Source: Lama guanicoe (taxonomy: Eukaryota). Taken from it: a stretch of 64,000 nt of DNA. This document shows positions 27,851 through 38,037 of this stretch, piece by piece. The stretch spans positions 1 through 64,000 of the forward strand of contig MU053166.1 of the NCBI GenBank assembly GCA_013239625.1, given 5' to 3'. A model generated the notes under the pieces. That model saw nothing but the letters and a program-made list of their open reading frames with translations. It was not told where the DNA came from and made no database searches. The position numbers were made by a program, and so were the translations under genes. How positions within the stretch are numbered: the first letter of the stretch is position 1; each line of letters begins with the position of its first letter.

Positions 27851-29029
27851 TTTGAAATATTTTGTAATAAAGATTTAAAAAAGATGACCTTCTGGCTATA
27901 AAATATAAAATTCTAGAACATGAAGTTAGAGTATTGTTTATATCAAATAATTCTGAAGAAAATTGAAGCTAAGTATTTCGGTGGCGTTAGACTGTAGGCT
28001 TGTGTGACCACTCAAGTTTCTTTCTATTCTTGGCTGTACTTCATTTCTTTAGAAAGTAACGTTATATTAGTCTAAGGTTCTACAATGCTTTTAAAGATTT
28101 TAGTGCCAAGGAACAATATATTATGGTGGTTTTAAGTGTGCCTTTGTTTTCAATACATCAGTGCACTAGAGATAACTGGAGTTCTGAGGCTACCCTTTTT
28201 AGGTCACTGAATATACTACCTTTCTTTCATCGAATGGAGATAAATATTTTTTCAGTAGGGCAAAAATCACAGATGATTTTAACTTTCAGATACTAGTAAG
28301 GAAGTTACTGAACTCGTAATATTAATTGGCAGTCACTTTCGCTTTTTTATGTAGGAGGGTATACTTGTAATAATATTAAAGAAAAAAATCCTTGACCTCA
28401 AGGCTGTATGTTGATATCATTGATTTCACAGCACTTAATTATAAAATGTATGTTTTAAAAAGTAAACACAAATTATATTTATTCTTTATATATTTATTAA
28501 AGAAGAAATACTATAATAATTTTGGCTTTATTTTTAAATGATTTAATAAATATTAAAATAAAAATAGCATTTATTACATACATGTAAAGTAAAATAAATG
28601 AAGGGAACATCTCTGTACAAAATCAAGAAATACAGTGTTAATAGTTCCTTTGAAGCCCCTTGTGTAATGTTTGCTTAAACTCATCGTTCTCCCCATCTTA
28701 GCAGGGGAAACCACTACTCTGAATTCTGCATTTGTTCACTTTTGTGCTATTTAATTTGATGTGCCCTCATCAGTATATTGTTTAGTTTTCAGGTTTTCAA
28801 ACATATATTAATGGAATCACATTGTATATGTTCTGTGACTTTCTTTTCTTTTTTTCAAGATTCTGTTTCTGAGGTTCACCCATGTTGATGAATCTTGCTG
28901 AAGTCGTCTAATAGCCATGCCATAAAATATTTTCATTTGTAAATATAATCAACTTTATTTATCCACTGTATTGTCGGTAGAAATTTTATGTTTTAATTTA
29001 TCCTATTATAAATATTTTTGTCAGCATTC

Positions 29030-29905
29030 TTTTTTTAATTTTATTTTTTATTGAAGTGTAGTTGATTTACTATATTAGTTTCAGGTGTACAGCAAATGAT
29101 TCAGTTATACAAATACATATATATGTATATATGTTCATGTGTGTATGTATATATATATATAATATATATATATATAATATATATATATATTCAGATTCTT
29201 TTCCATGATAGCTTATTACAAAAGCTACAAAAACATGAATGTAGTTCCCTGTGCTATACAGTGGTCTTTGTTGTTTGTCTATTTAATATATGGTAACATG
29301 TATCTGCTAATCGCAAACTCCTAGTATATCTCTCCTTTTCCCCTTTGGTAACCATAGTTTGTTTTCTATGTCTGTGAGTTTACTTCTGGTTTGTAAATAA
29401 ATTTGTGTCTTTTTTTTATATTCCACATATAAGTGATATCATATGATATTTGTCTTTATTAGTCTGACTGACTTCACTTAATATGATAATCTCTAGGTCC
29501 ATCCATGTTGCTGCAAATGATATTTCATTCTTTCTTATGTGGTGTGTACACTGTATATATATAAACCACAGCTTCTTTATCCAGTCATCTGTGTATGGAC
29601 ATTTAGGTTGCTTCCATGTCTTGGCAGTTGTAAATAGTGCTGCTGTGAACACTGGGGTGCATGTGTCTTTTCTAATCATAGTTTTCTTTGGATATATGCC
29701 CTGGAGTGGGATTACTGGATCATGGAGTGAGCCTATTTTTACTTTTTTAAGGAACCTCCATACTGTCCTCCATAGTGGTTGAACCAAGTTACATTTCCAC
29801 CAACAGTGTGATTTTCTCCATACCTTCTTTGGCATTTGTTATTCGTAGACTTTTTAATGATGGCCGTTCTAACTGATATGAGATGATTCATTGCAGTTTT
29901 GATTA
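29030..29905 (-). mobile_element. 5'-truncated, relatively young L1 (ORF2 C-terminus plus 3' UTR) with internal (TA)n
   Basis: ORF 29416-29835 gives WKCNLVQPLWRTVWRFLK...TAKTWKQPKCP...WMDLEIIILSEVSQ, the L1 ORF2p C-terminus; T-rich tail at 29030. Confidence 0.92.
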
Positions 29906-30381
29906 TAAGAGAAATTCTCAAAGATGATTTATTTTATCAATCTTTTCTTTATATTTTGCACTATTTGTGTTTAGCTAAAAATTCCTTTGTTATGAAGAAA
30001 TGGAAAAATATTTCATGCAAATGGAAACTAAAAGAAATCTGTGATAGCTATACTTATATCAGATCAAGTAAACTTTAAGCCAAAAATTGTATTGAGGTAA
30101 AGATTACTATATAATTATAAAATTACACAGTATGTGATAAAGGGTTTGATTCATCATTTAACAACTGTAAATATTCACACACCCAACATCAGAGCATCTA
30201 AATATATAAAGCAAATATTAAGTGCTCTGAAGGTAGAAGTAGAGAGCATTATAGTAATAGTAGGGGATTTCAGTATCCCATTTTCAACTATGAATAGATG
30301 ATACAGACAGAAAATCAATATGGAAACGCTGGACTTAAATTATGCATTGGGCTAATTTGACCAACAGACAGATACAGAATA

Positions 30382-30877
30382 TTTTACTGAGTTCAAACTC
30401 GTTCTGTTCGTCACATGACAGACCAATAATCGGTAGACAAGGTGTTGGGGCAAGGAATAGTGACTTTTTTGGAAAGCTGGCAGACCGAGAAGAAGAACCA
30501 TCTTACTCAATTAAGAATTCAGGCTCCTTTTATACTAAAAAGGGGAGGGGTGTGATTGGTTGTTGCAAACTTCTTGGTGTAGGAATTCTTTGTTCTTGTA
30601 GCTGTCCACATGGGTCAGGTCATGGTACCCCTGTAAAACCTAATAAAACAAATGTTATTTTTTATTCTGCACCTTGTTATCTTCATATATGTGCAAAAGT
30701 TTTAATATCCTTAAAGGTTAGAACCTTGAGAATAGGCTGTCCTGTATTTCAGACTAAAGGCAACATTCTTTTACAAAAGTTGCACAGCTAGCAAGACTAA
30801 GCCTAGACAACAGGGCACAAGGTTAGAGCCTGAGAAACAGATCCAATATGGAGTCAGACTTTTTCTTTTCTGTTACA
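30382..30877 (-). mobile_element. Solo LTR family A, copy 3 (about 20-bp internal deletion)
   Basis: AATA TSD at 30378-30381 and 30878-30881; lacks the tggcagactaatgtcttgg segment present in other copies. Confidence 0.9.
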
Positions 30878-31278
30878 AATATTCTAGCAATAGAATACAT
30901 GTTCTTCTCAAGTGCACATGGAACCTTCTCCAGACTATCTCATATGTTAAGTCACAAACCAAGTCATTTGATATTTAAGAAGACTACAATTATATCAAGC
31001 ATCTTTTCCAACCACAATAATATGAAAGTAGAAACCACCCTTACAACAGGGCACAGGGTTAGAGCCAGAGAAACAGATCCAATATGGAGTCAGACTTGTT
31101 CTTTTCTGTTACAGATATTCTAGCAATAGAATACATGTTCTTCTCAAGTGCACATGGAACCTTCTCCAGACTATCTCATATGTTAAGTCACAAACCAAGT
31201 CATTTGATATTTAAGAAGACTACAATTATATCAAGCATCTTTTCCAACCACAATAATATGAAAGTAGAAACCACCCTT
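30807..31278. repeat. Tandem duplication, 2 x 236 bp
   Basis: 30807-31042 vs 31043-31278; 4 substitutions seen. Confidence 0.95.
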
Positions 31279-31422
31279 GCATCCTAGAAGTAAATCCTGC
31301 TTGATTGCGCTGGTATTCCCTTCCATTGCTAGTCTGCCAGGAATGATGCCCATAGGCTTTGTTTTAGATAGATATTATCTGGCATCCATTGGGATAATTT
31401 TATGATATATTTTGTCTAATAA

Positions 31423-31745
31423 TGGGGTGGAAAAGGCCCACAAGGACCAGCAAGGCCTCGCAGGCACAGACATGGCTTATTGCTTTTGCGCTTCTGTGAA
31501 ACAGCTTGCTTCTAGGAGACTGAAACTGACCCCTGCCCACCCCGCAGGCGCGGAACCTTCCCGGCATGTAAACCTAAGACCATGTGATTTTTTCGTTCCT
31601 AAAACCCTATAAAAGCCTGTGTGAACCTGCAATCCGAGTCCAGAGCTTGGAGCGTTAACTCCTCTGGGCCACGGGCACAATAAACCTGAGCTCTCCAACC
31701 GTCCGAGTGTCACTTGGTCTCCATGGGATTCAGGTTTCTATAACA
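31423..31745 (+). mobile_element. Short solo LTR (family D, 323 bp) sharing TATA-R-U5 with family B
   Basis: TG..CA; ATAA TSD at 31419-31422 and 31746-31749; ctataaaag and aataaacctgag. Confidence 0.88.
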
Positions 31746-32400
31746 ATAATACCTCAGACTTCTTTCATCTGTGCTCATAAATGTATAATTTGCAGATATA
31801 TTGGACTTTTCCCTCCCTTATCTTTCTTCATCTGTTTCTGCTTTTTTAAAGGCTACGATAAGCAGCATCATAAAATATAACAGAGTATTTTCCCTCCTTT
31901 TCTATGTTCTGGAAAATTTTGTGTAAGCTTAGATTTATCTGTTTTGAGAACATTATCTGGTTTTACATTTTGTTTACAGGATGATTGTAATTACTTTTCC
32001 AATTATTTTCGTGGTTAAAACATTCAACTTATCTATCACTGCTCCAATACATGGTGTCCTTGATTCAAATGTGAGCTAGAGTCCAGAGACAATATTTGGC
32101 TTGTGTACGCAGGTCCAATGTTCTTTTTTTATTGCTGTTGCTGGTAATGAAGTTCCTGCATTTCATATTTCTTCACATTGAACTTGCGAATGAAGTGCTC
32201 TAATTGTAATGTATGCCTCTCCGTATATATTTCATTCTGTCTGTCCCTTGAGATACCATGTAATCAAAATTCATACTAGGTTACATGAAACACTTCATAG
32301 AAGAGCATAACTAAAGATAAAAACACATTTCCTACAAAACGTGTGAAATTAGTGAGTAGGTCGCTCATTCTGATGCTGCTGAAATTATGGTTGATGATAC

Positions 32401-32923
32401 TGTTACTGAGTCCAAACTCGTTCTGCTCACCGCACAACAGGCCAATAAGTCGGGAGACGCGGTGTTGGGGCAAGGAACAAAGGCTTTATTTGGAAAGCCA
32501 GCAGACCGAGAGGATGGCAGACTAATGTCTTGGAGAACCATCCTACTCCAGTCAGAATACAGGCTCCTTTTATACAAAAAAAAGGGAGGGGGTGTGGTTG
32601 GTTGTTGGAAACTTCTTGCTGCAGGCATTCTTTGTTCTTGCAGCCGTCCATGTGGGTCAGGCCATGGTGTCCCTGTAAACCTCCAACAAAACAAAAGTTA
32701 TTTTCTATTTTGCAACTTGCCATCTCTACATAAGTGCAGAAGTGCTAACATCCTTAAAGATCAGAGCCCCGAGGATAGGCTCTCCTATATATTTCAGGCT
32801 CAAGGTGACATTGTTTTACAAAAGGTGCAGAGCTGGCAAGGCTAAGCCTAGAAAACAGGGCACAGTGGTTAAAACTAAAGGAACAGATCTAATACAGAGT
32901 CAGATTTGTTCTCCTCTATTACA
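32401..32923 (-). mobile_element. Solo LTR family A, copy 4 (more divergent subtype)
   Basis: TGTTACTGAG..TTACA; flanks atac/atat. Confidence 0.9.
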
Positions 32924-33039
32924 ATATTAAGCAACACTAATATTTAAGATGTCTATTAGAAGGGTTAGGTTATGTAACTTCGAGTAAGAAATTTCTGTAA
33001 ATTGAGGCTACTGAAGGGAAGAACTGCCTGGTTAACATC

Positions 33040-34400
33040 TGCCAGGGGATAACCCGGAAGATACAGCACACAAGAGCAGGTTTTACTGCTGCCCTTTCCA
33101 CATCAGTGCACAGAGGCTGAATTTCGAACTGCTAGCACCTGCTTTTTTATTCCCCAGATTTGTCTAGCCATTGGAGCCTTCTCAGCCCACCAGAAGGCTG
33201 GCAGGGTCGGGGAATTAATGCCTCCTCTTCTTCCTGGAGTCCTCAGCTAATGGTTGGTTGTTGGTATATAAATATCCCAGGTCTCTCTCCTCTCTGATGG
33301 GCTAACTCTGAAGTGAATGGAGCATAGTGGTCCCCAGAACTTCCCTTTTGTTGGAGGAGGTCCCCCATAGCATGTGACCTCTGGTTGACCTGTGAGTTGG
33401 ACCCAGGCAACTGTATGTTCCTCACCACACCCCTTTTCCTTACAATGTACATTCTGCCCTCTATTCCCACAGTGGGAACTGTTTTCAAAGATGTAGCCTT
33501 GAGGGAGCCCTGTGTGGTTGAGACCATCTGCACAATGTAAATGACTGAACCCTGTTAAGAACTCTATATTAACTTTTGAGATTCTAGTGGGCAAGTTCAG
33601 AGATCTGCTTCTCTTGTGGCCGCACAGGACAAGTCTCCTATGTAAGTTTCCTTGCTTATTAAACCTGTCACCTACCAATCTGGAGAGGTCTGCCTCTTTC
33701 TTTGGTCTCTCCTTGCCAGTTTGGGGGCCAGTTTGCAAACCACAACCAGCAGGATTAAGCTATTTTTTCCCTAAGTGGTAACTTGATTTATGCACATGCT
33801 TTCTTGACTGTCTCCCCTTCCCTGTCTCATTTCCTCAATCTCCTACCTGTGTCTCCTGGACTTACTTTCCAAACAACCTAATTGCACTTGAATATATGTC
33901 TCAAGTTCAGCTAACTTGGAAACTCCCACAAAGACAGATGTTTCCTAGTAAGCAGGTCCTAATGATATTTTTCTGTAATCGGACAACTGGCTGACCAAAT
34001 GACCATGGTTATTTGATTGCTGGTCCTCAGTGATGATAATATCTGAAATGTTTTTGCATCAGAAATGTTAAGAATTTTCCCTGGAGTGAATTGAAATGGG
34101 ATGCAGGTGTAAGAGCATTCACTAATTTATCCCATTTTTTTTTTTAGCATTTTAATGTTATTGAAATAATACTGATTATAAGACCTGGGAATTGGTTGGT
34201 TTGGATCTAGTGTCATCAGTAAGCCAAATGCAGAAAATGTGATGCATGTCATCCAACCGTCAACTCAGAATATGGTGAACAAGCCACAGATACTCTGGAC
34301 CATTGAGAGAGACCTTCATCTCATACAGCCAAGAAAAAGACAAAAGTAGTAGCTGATGGCAGACATCAACTCACAGAATCTTTGGGTCTATTGTCACTCT
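33040..34400 (+). mobile_element. LTR16-like ERVL LTR plus start of internal sequence (ERV3-16A3-like), interrupted by LTR C
   Basis: cctcagctaatgg...tataaatatccca; ccccttccctgtctcatttcc...gcacttgaat...aagaca near 33936, followed by cctagtaagcagg... Confidence 0.55.
33349..33743 (+). mobile_element. Solo LTR family C (MER34/MER39-like), copy 2
   Basis: tgttggaggagg...ctctatattaacttttgagattct...gtaagtttccttgcttattaaacc; similar to 11439-11856 in reverse. Confidence 0.7.
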
Positions 34401-35493
34401 TCTTATATTAACACTTTTTTCCTGATTTCTGTTAACAGAAATAAATTTGTGTTTCAACAGGTATTTGGAATACCATATAGAAAGCTACCTACCTTGACCA
34501 CATCACTACATCTCTTGTAGTGGTTAAATATATTTCTGTAGAAGCCTTCTTATCTGATGTGATCTGGACCAATAGATGACTGGTTAATCAAAATGTCTGT
34601 CAAAGCAGGAAATCAGTAAAATAAGAAACAAGCACTTTTTACATATTTTAACTTAAATATAAATAAATACACCCTCAAATGTTAACATATTCAGGAGTCA
34701 TCACCCATTTTTAGAAGATGGCTCCATTCATATTTTATCAGTTTGCATAGCCTCCAACTTAATAAATTAAGATGCCACTACCTGAAATTAGCTTGCTCCC
34801 TTTATGCACTTTTAGTATACTGTGGGTTGGTGCTGTCAATTTTCTGGCCAGTAGCTTAAATAGAGGTCAATGAAAAAGATCTTCTGTTGTTTCACAGATG
34901 CATTCCATAGGCTTCTGAAAAGAAGTATCTAGCTCAGTTATGATATAATAGTCTGTAAAATGTTTTAGAGTGAAAGAGTTTCTAAATATACCAAAATATG
35001 AAAATGCTATAAATAATTTTTATCAACAAATGCACATAAGGACATAGAAGAGGGATAAAAGATGAGGGTCCCTTAAGAAGTTTCTTCTTTCCCTTCTTTC
35101 CCCCTCCCTACTTCCATGGTTCTAAGTTCTTGCCATTTCTTACTGGGAAATTTTGGGGGGCAGGGCATTATTTTGCTTTCGATATAGGTCTTGCCATGTT
35201 GGCAAATTCCTAGTCTGTCTCTATAATAGACCTTATAATATTTCTTAAATATTAGAATTGTTATGAGACCAATTAAATGAGAATATGCATGTAAGTGGGT
35301 AAGGGTAGTGATAGGTTTATTGAAATAACTTAGTAAAATTTAATATTTATAATATTAATAAAAATCATAGTAATAAAGGTTACTCATCTATATAGTGCTT
35401 TGATCCTGCATCATTTTTCTGAAATGCTTGTTTTTCTTGTGGCTACTTGTGGGGACAGTGAGGAGGCTGTTTTGGGGGATATGTTTTCTTCTA

Positions 35494-35647
35494 CAGTTAA
35501 TCCCTTGAACAACAGTTTGGAACTGTGCTGGTCCGTTCATACATGAATTTTTCTCAGTAAATTTCTTCCTCTATAAAGTTACAGGCAGATTTTCAACTGG
35601 GAGGAGGGCCTGCACCCCTAACTCCTGTGTTATACAAGGGTCAATTT
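35494..35647. mobile_element. Tigger2-derived MITE
   Basis: TIRs cagttaatcccttgaacaaca / tgttatacaagggtcaattt, flanked by TA. Confidence 0.75.
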
Positions 35648-37329
35648 TATTTCAGTAGATTTTCAGAAAAGTCAATAAATTTGGGGTTTTATTTACCATT
35701 CAATATAGATGGATTTAAAATAAAGAGCAAATTTGGGAAGAAAGAAGTCTGTGACATAATGTTAATCCTTTTAGGTGTTAAGTGGGAAAAAATTGCAGAT
35801 GAATACAAATGGCCTGAACTGATACTTGTAAAAGCAAACAACGCAGCGTTGGTCCTCCCCAGCCGATGTCTGTCAAAAATAAGCATGCACAGATTTGCAT
35901 GTGCGTGGGTACACACCAAGTTTCTGTAACTTTTATCTGTAGAATTTAGGCATGGGAGGGGTTGAGGGAGGCATTATTAATGTATTTATATATTTTTGCA
36001 TTGGTTCACTATCACCATGAGGATATATTACTTTGGTAATTTAAGATACATATTTTTTAGCATGTGAAAAGAGTAAATCATTTGAATCATTCACATTCAT
36101 AAAGAGTAAACAAATAACATTTTGTTTTTGAATTTTGTATTAAGAAAGTTAAACATTTTTAAAAATCAAGAGTAAAGGCCTTATTCCCTAATATTGTTTT
36201 CCATGGCCTTTTTTTTTTTCTTTTCCTTCTTCAACAGTCAAGACTGCTGGCATTTAAAAATTCAAACACAGGTTTATATTATAAATGTTAATATAAATAC
36301 ATGGTAGTAATTGTTTCAGAAAATTATTGGCTGGTAGCAAATATTGTTCTGTGGCTTAAGATATTACTAGTCTGGCCTTTCTTTAAAAAATGAATGATTT
36401 CTTCTAGGTGTAAGGGTCTGAAGGGATGAAAAGTATTTGCTTTGTTTAGCATTTCCTTCAAAACTTCTTGGGCTAGTAGGATCCACTAAAAGTAAGTGAA
36501 ATCATCAAAGTGCCAGCTTCTTATCGATCAGATGCCACCTTATATGACTGCCAAAAAGTAATGGGCCACATCCTTTGGGGGAGCAGATTTCTTTGAAGAA
36601 ATAACTCATTGTAAATTCCATTAACATTTTCAGGCCCCTTTAAAAATGGGGGTCTATCAACAAATACAACGTAATGAAAGAAAGTTGGTAAAATTGATTT
36701 AAAATGACATTTTACAATGAAAAGACTATGGAAGTATTTATTTTTATATTGTTTTAATATCCTGATTTAAAAAATAATTTAAAAATTCAATGAATAATGT
36801 ATTGAGTGACATTCATAGTCTCTATCGACACACAAAATAAAATCTAACTATTTCAATAATTAAGTTTAACTTCTAAATGAAGTTTCAGAAAAAGAAACTC
36901 ACATTGCTTCTTCGATTGGATGACTTTGTCATTGCTCATCCATCTGAGGTAGTCAAATTGGTACATATGCATAGGTATGACCATATTGTTCAAGAATTGT
37001 CTGTGAGGGAGAAGGCCTCTGGAAAATAATTTGTTCTGTTTCCTGTCCCAGTTTTCTTCCAACTCCTAACATTCAGGTTACTTAATCCTCAAATATAAAT
37101 CTCAGCTCTATCCCCAGCCTGGGAGCAAAGCTGGTACTTACTGCCAAGGGTTGGAGATCTGGTTAGGAGATAAGATTAAATTAGACTAGTAAACTCCCCA
37201 TGACAGACACCTTGTCAGCTGTCCTGCACAGATTTTATACTCATGTGTTGGACTGGCCTTCTGCTTCTGAGGTCATTATCTAGTATTTCTGTCCAGAACA
37301 TAAGTCTTACTATTTTCTACTCAATTTTA

Positions 37330-38037
37330 CTTTATTTTATTTTATTTTTTTGGTGGAATTGAGGCAGGAAGCCCCATAAAAAGACCGGCAGGACCCGTTG
37401 GCAGGGCCATTGCTCTCCTCCCAGCACCGTCTGGTTCCCTGGCCCAGAGGCTCTATCTCACCTTTTGCCTCTAAAGCGGCTTACACCTAGAATTCTATTG
37501 GTTCCCTGAGCTCACTTCTGATTGGTTATTTTCTTCACCCCTGATTGGTTATTACTCTCATTTCTGATTGGTCCACTTCCCTAACTTCTGATTGGTCCAT
37601 TTGTAGAACTTAATTTGCATGGAGCTCACTCCTGATTGGTCTATTTCTACAAAGCTTGTTCCTGGTTGGTGAACTTCTGTTGTACTTTATTGCATATGAT
37701 GTTGCAAAGTGTAAAACTGGCAGCCTATAAAAGGCCTGTGTAAACCTACAGACGGGATCCAGAGCTTGAGGTGTTAACTCCTCTGGTCCCGCTGGCATAA
37801 TAAACCTGAGTTCTCCAACTCTCCGAGTGCTGCTTGGTCTCTTGAGTGCTGCTTGGTCTCTTGCCCGGATCCAGGTTGCTGTCATAACTGAGCTGTAACA
37901 CTGAGCTGTAACACATTTTTCCACAACAGAATGAGGTTATTAAGTTTATATATTTTTAGAGGAGGTACTGGTGATTGAACCTTGGACTTTGTGCATGCTA
38001 AGCATTTTGGTCTACTACTTGAGCTATACCCTCCCCC
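37330..38037 (-). mobile_element. vic-1-like tRNA SINE split by LTR B copy 2
   Basis: Tail at 37330-37355, head at 37933-38037 (gagctataccctccccc); 11-bp TSD actcaatttta at 37319-37329 and 38038-38048. Confidence 0.85.
37360..37928 (+). mobile_element. Solo LTR family B, copy 2
   Basis: TG..CA; GAAT TSD at 37356-37359 and 37929-37932; ctgattgg array, ctataaaagg, aataaa. Confidence 0.93.

Larger units (their letters stand above)
29990..31278 (+). mobile_element. L1 ORF2 endonuclease-region fragment, split by LTR A copy 3 and partly duplicated
   Basis: ttcatgcaaatggaaactaaaag...atagtaggggatttcag...gaatacatgttcttctcaagtgcacatggaaccttctccag (EYMFFSSAHGTFSR). Confidence 0.85.

Noticed and set aside
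29416..29835. 139-aa ORF as a host gene
   Set aside because: It is the L1 ORF2p C-terminus in a truncated, frameshifted copy.
20640..30877. Full provirus between LTR A copies about 10 kb apart (also 9887-21161)
   Set aside because: Each LTR has its own TSD, and the intervening DNA has no primer-binding site, gag, pol or env.
10014..32845. Recurring peptides such as MENHLTPVRIQAPFILKRG that look like a small gene family
   Set aside because: They are antisense read-through of family A LTR copies, with frames not conserved between copies.
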